Assembly (NCBI GenBank): GCA_033549025.1
Contig: JAWSUS010000017.1
Coordinates: forward strand, 1-64,000
From: Desulfuromonadales bacterium
GTDB taxonomy: Bacteria; Desulfobacterota; Desulfuromonadia; Desulfuromonadales; SZUA-540
Reading direction: 5' to 3'
Length of the DNA: 64,000 nt
Made by a program: the position numbers and the translations under genes. The stretch's first letter is position 1. Each line of letters begins with the position of its first letter. Below the pieces are notes generated by a model, which did not search any database, was not told the origin of the DNA, and saw only the letters and a program-made list of their open reading frames with translations. Positions 38,532 to 48,261 of this stretch are shown piece by piece.

Positions 38532-38830
38532 GGCTCCGGAGGTGCCTCAAAAAGCGATTGGACGATGCGGCGGGCTTCGTTGGAAACGACGTGGTAGTAG
38601 ACTTCCACCCCTTCACGCTGGCCTTCGATAATTCCCTTGTTCTTAAGAAGGGCCAGATGCTGGGAAACGGTGGCCTGGGGAAGAGCGAGGCATTCCCAGA
38701 TCTTTTTGACGTTGCAGGTCTGAGAAATCAGTCCGGCGATAATTTTCAGGCGAACGGGATGTCCAAGAACCTTGAGGATCTCGGCTTCCCGGTCATAATT
38801 CTGCATTTTGTCAAATTCCAGTTTTTCCAT
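38528..38830 (-). CDS. ArsR/SmtB-family transcriptional regulator
   Basis: LKVLGHPVRLKI; QATVSQHLALLK; REG..VYY. Confidence 0.9.
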   Translation of the reverse strand: MEKLEFDKMQNYDREAEILKVLGHPVRLKIIAGLISQTCNVKKIWECLALPQATVSQHLALLKNKGIIEGQREGVEVYYHVVSNEARRIVQSLFEAPPEP

Positions 38831-39082
38831 GATTGGACCCTTCTTTTATGGGATTGTAAAATGCATTGAAATATGCGGATTTTAGTGTCCTCTTAATACA
38901 AATGTCAAGCAGTAAGAGCTGTGAATAAGGCAACTTCGGTTGCTTGCGGGGTAAAGCGCAGGTATGATTCTGCTCGACACGCTCCTTCTGCGTGGTTAAA
39001 CTGTGCGCCCTTTGAGCCCGAACGTGCAGATTCGGCACGCTGCACAGGGCTCTTGCCTGTTCTGAAAGGTCTTGTTTTTAAA

Positions 39083-40024
39083 ATGATTCTGGCTGTTGTT
39101 CTCTTTTTTATCGGGATAACCGTTCTTTACTACGGCGCCGAGTTTCTGGTGGAGGGCAGTTCGCGTTTCGCCATATCCTTCGGGATTCGCCCCCTGGTTA
39201 TCGGCATGACCATTGTTGCCCTGGCGACCAGCATGCCCGAAATGATGGTCTCGCTTCTGGCTTCCGTCAAAGGGTCGTCCGATCTGGCGGCCGGCAACAT
39301 TATCGGTTCGAACATTGCCAACGTGGGACTGATACTAGGCGTCGCCGCCGTTTTTCAACCGGTATCCGTTACCCGCAAGACGGTACTCTGTGAAATCCCC
39401 ATTATGGTCGGTGCCTCTGTGCTCCTGTGGCTTTGTGCCCTGGATGGCGTGCTTTCCGCGGGGGACGGCCTGCTGATGGTCGCCTCTTTGGGGGCTTTTC
39501 TGCTGTACTGTCTGAAAAACGCCCGAAATGAAGAGGGGGAGACGAAGATTCCGGAGGGGATGGTGCGCAGAGAAAAAGGGCATCGCAAAAAGGATATGCT
39601 CTACATCCTTCTCGGGATCGTCGGTCTGGCGGCCGGAGCCGAACTGATGGTGCGTTCCGGGGTTTTTATCGGACGTTCTCTCGGCATCTCCGAGATGGTC
39701 ATCGGTCTTTCGGTCATCGCCCTGGGAACCAGCCTCCCCGAACTGGCAGCCTCGTCGGTCAGTGCCTGGCGCGGGGAATCGGACCTGAGTGTCGGGAACG
39801 TGATCGGCAGCAATATCTTTAATATCTTCTTTGTTCTGGGAATCTGCGCCCTGATCAGACCCTTGCCTATCCAGGCGTCGGTGCTACGCTTTGAACTGCC
39901 TGTCATGATTTTGTTCAGCACGGCCTTGATCCCTCTCATGTATCGGGGGCTGGTCCTGGGCCGGCGGGAGGGGATGTTTCTTTTGGCGGCCTATCTGTTG
40001 TTTATCTGGAGGCTATTCTGGTGA
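39083..40024 (+). CDS. Calcium/sodium antiporter (YrbG/CaCA family)
   Basis: Two alpha-repeats: ATSMPE...GNIIGSNIAN and GTSLPE...GNVIGSNIFN. Confidence 0.92.
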   Translation: MILAVVLFFIGITVLYYGAEFLVEGSSRFAISFGIRPLVIGMTIVALATSMPEMMVSLLASVKGSSDLAAGNIIGSNIANVGLILGVAAVFQPVSVTRKTVLCEIPIMVGASVLLWLCALDGVLSAGDGLLMVASLGAFLLYCLKNARNEEGETKIPEGMVRREKGHRKKDMLYILLGIVGLAAGAELMVRSGVFIGRSLGISEMVIGLSVIALGTSLPELAASSVSAWRGESDLSVGNVIGSNIFNIFFVLGICALIRPLPIQASVLRFELPVMILFSTALIPLMYRGLVLGRREGMFLLAAYLLFIWRLFW

Positions 40025-40845
40025 TAAAACGCTCTGTGCTGTGTTTGCTTGGTCTTCTATTCTGGCTCTTGACCGTTTCCGCCCCTCTGGCGGAAGAGGT
40101 TCCCCTTGACGAAGCGGTTCCATCTCCCGTGGCGGCCATAGAGGCCCTTTTAGGGGAAGATTATATTTACGACGTCTCCTTTCTCTGGTTTGATCAGCTG
40201 GCGGAAGGCCGCATCCGGCTGGAGAGGGGCGAGCGGCCCTCTACCTACCGTGCCATGCTCGAAGCTAAGACCCTGGGGGTGGCGGCCTGGTTAACGGGAG
40301 ACCGGGTGCAGCGCTATGTGTCGGTCATGCAGGTGACTGACGACGGGCGCTTGCATTCGAAGGTGTATGAATCACACATTCTAAAAAAGAAAAAGGGCAA
40401 GATAAACAATCGGGTAAAGCGTTATACGTTTGATAGCGAAAACCGCACCATTCTCTACCAGAAATTCAATGGCGACAAGAAGGTGAGCGAAGAGGTTATC
40501 GCCTGGACCCATGAGGAATGGCCCGACGATTTTCTGACGGCTTTCTATAATTTCCGCTTGGGCAACAGTGGTCCCCTGGTGGCCGGGGCGAGTTACCGCA
40601 TTCCCACTTTCAAAAAAGAAGGCCCGGCTGACATCCTGATTGAAATTCTGCCCGATAAGGCACGGCCCTCGAAGTCCTTTTTCCCGGCGGGCGGGCAGCT
40701 GGTCAAGGTGATCCTCGATCCGGATGTCTTTGAAACGGCCGGCGGCGATGTCTTTATGTGGATGGATGACAGCGCCAGGCCGGTTAAGGGGCTTGTCGAA
40801 AAGGTCATCGGGCTGGGAGACGTCAAAGGAACCATGCGCCGGTAA
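40021..40845 (+). CDS. Exported DUF3108-like protein
   Basis: Signal peptide; GE..xYDVSFLWF...AEG pattern; family assignment by recollection. Confidence 0.6.
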   Translation: MIKRSVLCLLGLLFWLLTVSAPLAEEVPLDEAVPSPVAAIEALLGEDYIYDVSFLWFDQLAEGRIRLERGERPSTYRAMLEAKTLGVAAWLTGDRVQRYVSVMQVTDDGRLHSKVYESHILKKKKGKINNRVKRYTFDSENRTILYQKFNGDKKVSEEVIAWTHEEWPDDFLTAFYNFRLGNSGPLVAGASYRIPTFKKEGPADILIEILPDKARPSKSFFPAGGQLVKVILDPDVFETAGGDVFMWMDDSARPVKGLVEKVIGLGDVKGTMRR

Positions 40846-40880
40846 CATTCAGGATGTCCTGTTCGGAAGGAAATTATGGC

Positions 40881-42536
40881 ATGAGTAAAGAAACCATTTA
40901 TGTAATAGGGCATAAAAACCCGGATACCGACTCCATCTGCAGCGCCATGGCCTATGCCCGTCTCAAGCAGTTGCAGGGGGTGCCGCAGGTGCAGGCGGCC
41001 AGGGCCGGCGACTTGAACCGCCAAACCGAATTCGTGCTGGATGAACTGGCGCTGCCCAGGCCTCAGCTCCTCATGGATGTCTATCCCAGGGTCAAGGATG
41101 TGGTCGGTGACCACGTGGTCACCGTTTCGGGTGATGCGCCGCTGTCGCGAGCCCTGGAGCTCTTTCACCTGCACAACATCCGACTGCTGCCGGTGATCGA
41201 CGACGATCGGCAGCCGCTGGGACTGTTGTTTCTGAAAAAAGTGTCCGAGCGGTTTCTCATCCCGCGCCAGGAGAGCGAGATCCGTCGGGTTATCGCCTCG
41301 GTGGACTCTATTCGCCAGTGCCTCAAGGCCAGCATCCTCTGCCAGGCCGAGGGGGCTGGTGACAAAGTGGAGGAACTCAACCTCTATGTCGGCGCCATGG
41401 CCTCCGCCACCTTCCGGGAAAGGCTTAAGGGATACAACCCGCGCGACATGGTCCTGGTGACAGGAGACCGCGAGAATATTCAGCGGCAGGCGGTTGAAAT
41501 GGGGGTGCGCATCCTCATCGTCACCGCCAGTCTGCCGGTGTCGCCGGATATGGTCGAGCTGGCGCGGAAAAAAGGGGTCACGATTCTCTCGACTCCCTTC
41601 GATACGGCGACAAGTGCCTGGCTGACCCGGTTGTCCACTCCCGTCAGTGAGCTGGTGGCGGCGGATTACCAGAGCGTCGGTCTGCAGGATCGCCTGGATG
41701 ATTTACGCCTGAAGCTGCTGCACTCCAAAGATCCTGGCGTCGTGGTTCTTGACGGCGAGGGCAGGGTGGCGGCGGTGGCGACCAAAAGCAATCTGCTGTC
41801 CCCATCCCAGGTCAAGCTCATTCTGGTAGACCACAATGAACTGTCCCAGGCCGTGGCCGGGGCCGACAAGGTCGAAATCATGGAGGTCATCGATCACCAT
41901 CGCCTGGGGAATTTTCATACCGATCATCCGATCCGTTTTATTAATCAGCCCCTGGGCAGCACCTGTTCCCTGGTGGCTACGCTTTATCGGCAGATGGGGA
42001 GAGAGCCGGAAAGGGCCATTGCCGGCCTGATGCTGGCCGGGTTGCTCTCCGATACGGTTATCCTCAAATCCCCGACGACAACTGATACCGACCGGGAAAT
42101 TGCCAGCTGGCTTGGCAAACTCGCCGGTCTCGATCCCTATGAGTTCGGCCGTCGCATTTTCAGCGCCGGCAGTGCGCTGGCGGCTCATCCTTCCGTCAGA
42201 CATCTCATCCTTGCCGATTTCAAGGAATACAAAGCCGATGACCGTGTTTTCGGCCTGGGCCAGGTGGAGGTGGTCAGCTTTCACGAATTCCATTCCTTGA
42301 AAGATCAGATCACCAAAGAATTGGCGGCGCTGAAAAAAGAGCGTAAGCTCGACACGGTCGGCTTGCTCGTTACCGATATCGTTCAGGAAACCAGTCTTCT
42401 GCTGGCCCAGGGAAGCAAGGAGCTGCCCTATGTGATCGGTTACCCCCAGGTGGAGGAAAATCTCTTTGAACTCAAAGGGGTTCTTTCTCGCAAAAAGCAG
42501 CTGGTTCCCCACCTTCTTAAAGTTCTTAAAGGCTGA
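40881..42536 (+). CDS. ppaC: Family II Mn-dependent inorganic pyrophosphatase with CBS-DRTGG-CBS insert
   Basis: GHKNPDTDSICSA; LVDHNE; IDHH; SDT...SPTTT; SRKKQLVP. Confidence 0.92.
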   Translation: MSKETIYVIGHKNPDTDSICSAMAYARLKQLQGVPQVQAARAGDLNRQTEFVLDELALPRPQLLMDVYPRVKDVVGDHVVTVSGDAPLSRALELFHLHNIRLLPVIDDDRQPLGLLFLKKVSERFLIPRQESEIRRVIASVDSIRQCLKASILCQAEGAGDKVEELNLYVGAMASATFRERLKGYNPRDMVLVTGDRENIQRQAVEMGVRILIVTASLPVSPDMVELARKKGVTILSTPFDTATSAWLTRLSTPVSELVAADYQSVGLQDRLDDLRLKLLHSKDPGVVVLDGEGRVAAVATKSNLLSPSQVKLILVDHNELSQAVAGADKVEIMEVIDHHRLGNFHTDHPIRFINQPLGSTCSLVATLYRQMGREPERAIAGLMLAGLLSDTVILKSPTTTDTDREIASWLGKLAGLDPYEFGRRIFSAGSALAAHPSVRHLILADFKEYKADDRVFGLGQVEVVSFHEFHSLKDQITKELAALKKERKLDTVGLLVTDIVQETSLLLAQGSKELPYVIGYPQVEENLFELKGVLSRKKQLVPHLLKVLKG

Positions 42537-42833
42537 ACTTTTTAGTCGACCTGCTTTTCCTGTGGCCGGGGTTTTCCCCGGCCTTTTTCCTTATCAGCTC
42601 TTCCTTGACAAAATTTGACCTGCCTCTGCGGAAAATCGCGCAAAAACAACCGTATCCCTTTCTGCTGCTTTTGGCATAACGCTGGGTAAGCCCCTGCGTT
42701 TGGCGCCTTGAGCCCCTGGCGCGTCGGCAGGGGCGTCCTTGGCACAAAGTGTGAAGATGGACCCCGTGCGCGCCTTGCCTGGTACGGCCGTCGGCGCGTT
42801 GATGGTCGGGATTCTATCTGGAAAGGGTGTGCT

Positions 42834-44135
42834 ATGCCTGTGTTGCTGCGGTTTATCGTTATTCTGGTGCTGGTGGGGCAGACTTGGGGTGCTGCTGCCG
42901 AATCGTTGACTTGCGGTCATCTTTACGACGGGGTGACCGGCAAGCCGATCGAAAACGCGGTGGTCAGCAGTGGCCCGCGTCTGGTGCGCACCGATGCTAA
43001 CGGGCATTTCGTCATTGCTTCTTCGCCGGAAGGGTTGCAGGCGAGGGCTCCTGGCTATCGGGTTCGTTCCTTCAGTGCTGACCAGGGGCATGACATCGTT
43101 ATGGAGCCTTTTTCCGCCAAGGCCCTGTATCTCTCCCATTACGGAATTGCCGAGCCCATCCTGCGTAATCCCGCTTTGGAAATGATCAAAAATACAGAAC
43201 TCAACGCGCTGGTGATAGACCTCAAGGGGGATCGCGGACAAGTCGCCTTCAAAGTGGATCATCCCATGGCCTCTGAAATTGGCGCTCAGAAAATTCTCAC
43301 TGTCAAGGATGGCAAGCGCCTGCTGGCGTCACTGAAAGCCAAGGATGTCTATACCATTGCCCGTATCGTGGTATTTAAAGACGAATTGCTGGCCAAGGCC
43401 CGGCCTGATCTGGCTATCCGCACCGAAGGAGGAGACGTTTGGCGGGATGGTGAAGGCATGGCCTGGGTGGATCCTTTTTTGCCCGAGGTCTGGGAATACA
43501 ATATCTCCCTGGCCGAGCAGGCGGCCCGGATGGGCTTTGACGAAATTCAGTTTGATTACGTCCGTTTCCCGGACCGAGGTGGTCTGCGATTCGCCAGGGA
43601 TAACCAGGAAGAAAACCGGGTTGACGCCATTTCCAGTTTTCTCGCCACGGCTCGTCAGCGCCTGGAACCCTATGCGGTTTTTCTGTCGGCGGATATTTTC
43701 GGGTACGTCTGCTGGAGCGAAAAAGATGTTGAAATCGGCCAGCGCCTCGAAGATTTATCCGTCCATCTCGACTATATCTCTCCCATGCTCTATCCCTCCG
43801 GATTTGGTCATGGGATAGGGATGTATCGTAATCCCGTCAAGCACCCTTATGAAATCATCTCCTTGTCCCTCAACAGGGCGCAGCAAAGGACAGGGTTGCC
43901 CGGTGCGCGATTTCGTCCCTGGCTTCAGGCCTTCAGGGATTACGCCTTTGACCGTCGCTCCTTCGGAGAGCATGAAGTCAGGGCGCAGATCGAAGCTTCC
44001 GACGATTTCGGCAGCAGTGGCTGGATGCTCTGGAATGCCCGCAACGTCTACAGCCAGGCCGGTCTACTGAAAAATTCCTATGAGGCCCACGCCGACCAGG
44101 TCATGGAGTCGGCATCGGCTCATCCGAAACTGTAG
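42834..44135 (+). CDS. Exported putative glycoside hydrolase (DUF4015-like) with N-terminal carboxypeptidase-regulatory-like domain
   Basis: NALVIDLKGD.G; IARIVVFKD; GFDEIQFDYVRFP; PMLYPS; RPWLQAF. Confidence 0.8.
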   Translation: MPVLLRFIVILVLVGQTWGAAAESLTCGHLYDGVTGKPIENAVVSSGPRLVRTDANGHFVIASSPEGLQARAPGYRVRSFSADQGHDIVMEPFSAKALYLSHYGIAEPILRNPALEMIKNTELNALVIDLKGDRGQVAFKVDHPMASEIGAQKILTVKDGKRLLASLKAKDVYTIARIVVFKDELLAKARPDLAIRTEGGDVWRDGEGMAWVDPFLPEVWEYNISLAEQAARMGFDEIQFDYVRFPDRGGLRFARDNQEENRVDAISSFLATARQRLEPYAVFLSADIFGYVCWSEKDVEIGQRLEDLSVHLDYISPMLYPSGFGHGIGMYRNPVKHPYEIISLSLNRAQQRTGLPGARFRPWLQAFRDYAFDRRSFGEHEVRAQIEASDDFGSSGWMLWNARNVYSQAGLLKNSYEAHADQVMESASAHPKL

Positions 44136-44194
44136 TGAGCCGAGGTCATCAGACGGCGCTGTAGTGCGGGGGCCCCTTGCCAGGGTGAGAACAC

Positions 44195-44263
44195 AAAAAA
44201 ACCCCGTGAAGGAGGGGAATCACGGGGTAAAACCCTGACGTTGTCTAAACGCCTGGGCAGCAT
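44195..44263 (-). ncRNA. Candidate ~70-nt small RNA with anti-SD terminator loop
   Basis: Minus-strand TTGATT-16-TATGAT promoter (44270-44297), one internal hairpin, terminator ACCCCGTGA-ttcccctcct-TCACGGGGT plus T run; no minus-strand CDS nearby. Confidence 0.45.
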
Positions 44264-44452
44264 AGGTCAATCATACCCGGATAAAACAAAAAATCAACGG
44301 TAAATTAGCCTGTTGTGGCGCAGGCCGAGCAGGCTTACCCAGGTTCATCCTCCGGAAAAAAGTTTTTTTCAGCCATAATAAGAGTATACTTTTGGGTGTA
44401 CCTTCGCTTGCCCGTCTGGACGCCATCATAACTTGCCCAGGAGTGATACCTC

Positions 44453-45355
44453 ATGCTGATTTTCAGGTCGCCATCTCGTTTCGTCTTGCTGACTTTTCTC
44501 GTTATTCTCACCTGCTCTTCCAGTTCGTGGGCCTCAGAAAAAAACGCCCGAAAAAATATCTACCTGGAACTGGATTTTGATTTCACCAGTGGTGATTACG
44601 GTTCGGATACGACCACCGATTCCACTGTGTATACGCTCCTTTTAGGCGCCTATCTGGGGGATCGCTGGGATGTGCAGATTTCAGCGCCTTATATCTATCA
44701 GAATAACTCTTACGTGACCACTTCGGGCAACATTCACTACGGTTCCCGTATGACCGCAGCGCCCCAGGTCAGTCCTTTGGCTAACGGTGACGGGATGGGC
44801 GGCACTGGAGGGGACGGAACGGGCGGGATGGATCCGACGACCACAACCACAACCACAGACGTGAAAGAATCCCAGTCGGGACTTGGTGATATGACTTTGG
44901 GTTTGGGGTATATCCTGATTTTTGAAGGCGAGGCTTCCCCTCAGGTCAGAGCTTACGCTGAAGGTCGGTTGCCAACGGGCGACGAGGACAAAGGGCTTGG
45001 CACGAATGGCTACGGCGTAGAAGGTGGTCTTGAATTGTTTAAATGGGCCGGGCCTTTTTCTTTGCTGGGGAAGGGGGGCTATGCCTGGCAGGAAGATCGG
45101 TCGGACCTGGGGCTTAAAAATTATTGGAGCTATGAAGTGGGCGTGGGATACGCGTTGACGGATCGCCTGCGCCCCGGACTTTCTTTCTGGGGGGCCACAG
45201 AACCTGCGGAGGGTATCGGGCATCTTCTGGAAGGAAAAGTCCAGCTGAACTATCGCACCGGCGAGACTTCGGCCATAGGCGTCTATGTCATGAAGGGGCT
45301 GGCCACGGCTAGCCCGGATTCAGGCGCCGGGGTCTTTGTTTTTTGGAATTTTTAG
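44453..45355 (+). CDS. Outer-membrane beta-barrel protein (MetA/phenol-degradation-like transporter)
   Basis: Signal peptide; SGDYG; SGLGD; LPTGDEDKGLGT; C-terminal F; Gly/Thr-rich loop. Confidence 0.7.
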   Translation: MLIFRSPSRFVLLTFLVILTCSSSSWASEKNARKNIYLELDFDFTSGDYGSDTTTDSTVYTLLLGAYLGDRWDVQISAPYIYQNNSYVTTSGNIHYGSRMTAAPQVSPLANGDGMGGTGGDGTGGMDPTTTTTTTDVKESQSGLGDMTLGLGYILIFEGEASPQVRAYAEGRLPTGDEDKGLGTNGYGVEGGLELFKWAGPFSLLGKGGYAWQEDRSDLGLKNYWSYEVGVGYALTDRLRPGLSFWGATEPAEGIGHLLEGKVQLNYRTGETSAIGVYVMKGLATASPDSGAGVFVFWNF

Positions 45356-46002
45356 CGTGATGACAGTTCGGCCAAAAGCGAGGGGAGTTCGCGGATATGG
45401 CCAAGGACTCTGTGGGCTCGGCTGAAATCACCTCCTGAGGTGAGGCGATTGGGGATGACACAACAGCGCAGGCCTGCGCGAGTGGCCGCAAGAAGGCCGC
45501 GCGGTGAATCTTCAACCACCAGACACTCATCCGCTTTGAGTTCCATGCGGGCCAGGGCTTTCAGGTAGGCTTCGGGATGAGGTTTAGGGTGGTGGTAGTC
45601 CTCCCTGACCAAGGCGAATTCGAAAAAGGGAAGCAATCCCGTCTGCTGGTGAATGATCTGAAAGTGAGGCTGACGGCACCCCGTCACGACAACCATGCGA
45701 AAGGTCTCCTTCAGTTTCTGCAGGGTCTCATGAACGCCTTCCATAGCTGTTAGCCCATTTTCCAGTAGGGAGGCGTAAAGAGCATCCCGCCTTTTTCTTA
45801 AGGTCTCCAACTCCATCTCGTCGTTTTCGCCTTTTACCGCCAGAGCAAGAGCGCTTTGCCCCTGGGTGAGGGAAATGCGTATAAAGTCTTCTTCGGAGAG
45901 GCTTACCTGCCTTTCCGCCAGAATCTGTGCCGTTGCCTGAAAGTACAGATGTTCCGTGTCGACCAGGACACCGTCGTTATCCCATAAAATGGCTTTGAGC
46001 AT
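45352..46002 (-). CDS. HAD-family phosphatase
   Basis: DNDGVLVDTE; KPHPEAY; VVEDSPRG. Confidence 0.92.
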   Translation of the reverse strand: MLKAILWDNDGVLVDTEHLYFQATAQILAERQVSLSEEDFIRISLTQGQSALALAVKGENDEMELETLRKRRDALYASLLENGLTAMEGVHETLQKLKETFRMVVVTGCRQPHFQIIHQQTGLLPFFEFALVREDYHHPKPHPEAYLKALARMELKADECLVVEDSPRGLLAATRAGLRCCVIPNRLTSGGDFSRAHRVLGHIRELPSLLAELSSR

Positions 46003-46031
46003 AGAACCTCAGGAAGATGGATGGTCGCTTG

Positions 46032-46075
46032 AAAAAAGAGCCGTCCCGGGGGCTGCCCGGGACGGCTCTTTTTTT
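46032..46075. terminator. Rho-independent terminator after cytochrome c7
   Basis: AAAAAAGAGCCGTCCCGGG-ggctg-CCCGGGACGGCTCTTTTTT. Confidence 0.85.
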
Positions 46076-46097
46076 AGTACAAAATTTTCAGCCCAGT

Positions 46098-46370
46098 TTA
46101 CTTCTTGTGGCAATCGTTGCACTTGGTGGGGCCGGCACCTTTTTGGGTGTGGCAGTCTTTACAAAGAGCGTGGCCGGTCTTCATGTCAAGCTCAAGCTTG
46201 CCGGGCTCACCCTCATGGCAGGCAGCGCAGCCCTGAGCTTCGCCATGAGCCTTGTGATTGAACGTAACGTTACCTTTTTTGCTTTCGAGGGTGATGGTGT
46301 CGCTGGCAACAGCCAGGGTGCCAACAGCCAGAAAAGCAACGACCAGCAGAGTAGCTACCAAACGTTTCAT
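46098..46370 (-). CDS. ppcA: Triheme cytochrome c7 (PpcA family)
   Basis: 90 aa; signal peptide; GNVTFNHKAH, CAACH, CKDCH, GPTKCNDCHKK; RBS AGGAGG. Confidence 0.88.
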   Translation of the reverse strand: MKRLVATLLVVAFLAVGTLAVASDTITLESKKGNVTFNHKAHGEAQGCAACHEGEPGKLELDMKTGHALCKDCHTQKGAGPTKCNDCHKK

Positions 46371-46626
46371 GTTTCTCAGCCTCCTGAAAAAATTTGGGCG
46401 GAAGATTCCGCCTTGGTTAAAGCTAATGTATACACGGTGTTTTGGGAAATGCATCCGACATCGAGTGGAATGTCACCCGATGTCGATATAATAAAAAATA
46501 AATACAAATACTTATGAAAACGCATGTCGTGCTGTTTTTTGAGATTAGAAGCCGATTTTTAAATGGTGTTTGCTCTTTTTAACCGGGTCTGGTAAGGTTT
46601 TTAATCACTTTGTGACCGAGGTATGT

Positions 46627-47556
46627 ATGAGCGAGCAATTACCCCCTATGGTCTGTTTGGATGGCGACCGGATTCGAGCTATCCGTGAAAGTCAGAAGCT
46701 GACCCAGCTTTATGTGGCAAAGGTGGTGGGTGTCACAACGGATACGATTTCCCGCTGGGAAAATAACCGCTATCCGTCCATCAAGAAAGAAAATGTTCTG
46801 CGGCTGGCCGAAGCGCTCGAGGTTTCTGTTGATGATCTGATCAAGAGCGAAGAGGCGAATCCGGAGACGGGTGAAGAATCCTCTGAGAAACCCCTGTCTT
46901 CTCGCAAGTGGCTGCTGGGATTGGTCTTTTTAGTCGCCGTGGCGCTGGGAGCAGTCCTGCTTTTCAAAGGACGGGAGATGGCCGTGCCCGCCGTCCATGC
47001 CGAGCGCATTTTACCGGCTTATGCCGCCCCTGGCAGTATTGTCCCCGTGCAGATTCACCTGGAAACGGAAGAGTCCATGAAGGGATTTATCCTGCGCGAA
47101 CATTTCCCGCCCGGGTGGAAGCTCATTGAGGCCAGCCCCCCGGCCTCGAGTCTCGATAATGAAAAGGGGACAGCTCGGTGGATCGTTCGTACGGGAGACA
47201 GCCGCAAACATCTCGTCTATCTGGTGAGGGTTGCCGGTACGGAACCCTTGGGGACGACCGCTGGTTTCAGCGGTGATATCGTTGCCAATGCCGATAATCG
47301 CCAGACTCCCACCTCCATACAGGGGCAAACTTCTGTCGAAATCGGTCCTTTTCAGTGGGCTGATCTCAATGGTGACCAAACAATCGATGACAGTGAGATA
47401 CTGCGCGCCTATGACATGGTGGAAGAAATGACCGGTGTTCATCTCGACTGGGAAATTGTGGACACCATCTGGGATGCGGGTGGTTATCGCTGGGAAGAAA
47501 AAGCGAAAAAATTCATTCCGGTCCGAGCTGAAGCGGGCGCTGCTCCTGGCGAGTGA
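46627..47556 (+). CDS. Membrane-anchored XRE-HTH protein with periplasmic beta-sandwich and EF-hand-like motif
   Basis: IRAIRESQKLTQ...TISRWEN; single TM; ADLNGDQTIDDSE. Confidence 0.8.
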   Translation: MSEQLPPMVCLDGDRIRAIRESQKLTQLYVAKVVGVTTDTISRWENNRYPSIKKENVLRLAEALEVSVDDLIKSEEANPETGEESSEKPLSSRKWLLGLVFLVAVALGAVLLFKGREMAVPAVHAERILPAYAAPGSIVPVQIHLETEESMKGFILREHFPPGWKLIEASPPASSLDNEKGTARWIVRTGDSRKHLVYLVRVAGTEPLGTTAGFSGDIVANADNRQTPTSIQGQTSVEIGPFQWADLNGDQTIDDSEILRAYDMVEEMTGVHLDWEIVDTIWDAGGYRWEEKAKKFIPVRAEAGAAPGE

Positions 47557-47558
47557 CG

Positions 47559-48008
47559 TCACAACTGAATCATAAAGCTCCTCAACAGTCGCCCCTGGGG
47601 GGAGACGGCTTCAATGTGTCCCTGAAAACGCCCGGGTCCCAGATCCGGCAGCGGGGCGGCATAAAGGCCGGCTTCTTTTTCTTCCAGTCGTTGCTCTAAC
47701 GCTTTTTGACCCTCATGATCACGAATAACCAGACGAACCGTTCCTTCCCTGACAGGATATCCTGCTTTGTCTTTTAGAAGGACCTGGAAATTCTTCTCGG
47801 ACACCGCCATATTCATTTGCCAGGACATCCCTGCGCCAAATCGTTCTTCAATGGAGTCCGCCATGCCGGTTTGCGGAGCTTCTTGCGGGGAGGTGGGCAA
47901 GCCACGAGTGGCAATCTGGTTTAGCAATAGCACCAGGCAAATCAAAAAAATGGTGGCCAGCATCATGATGCGTCCTGGCCGTCCTCGGTCTTGCGGTTCT
48001 GACTGCAT
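47559..48008 (-). CDS. Membrane-anchored FixH/YtkA-like protein
   Basis: N-terminal TM; LKDKAG.PV; L.E...GLY...L..PGRF. Confidence 0.55.
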   Translation of the reverse strand: MQSEPQDRGRPGRIMMLATIFLICLVLLLNQIATRGLPTSPQEAPQTGMADSIEERFGAGMSWQMNMAVSEKNFQVLLKDKAGYPVREGTVRLVIRDHEGQKALEQRLEEKEAGLYAAPLPDLGPGRFQGHIEAVSPQGRLLRSFMIQL

Positions 48009-48261
48009 CAGCGGTCCTTTGTGGTGGGCAAGGCCTGAGTTTCCTGCTCTGCGTGTTCCACCATTGTGATAGGTTTGGCTGAAAAATCAAATGCCTCGTG
48101 GATCTCTTGCAGTTCCTCTCGGAAGCAGCGGCAGCAGGTGCTGGCCGATTACCTGTTTTTGGAGCGTTGCATATTGCCCAACCCTTGAAAAATGTTTGAC
48201 ATTCTCGCGACGGTTTCTTTAGGATAGTGAGAATTTTTTCAAGGGAGAATAAGGCTGTCTT

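Noticed and set aside
44790..44860. Short imperfect repeats (GGxGGDG, ACCACA) in the barrel gene
   Set aside because: In-frame low-complexity loop, not a CRISPR array or a phase-variable tract.
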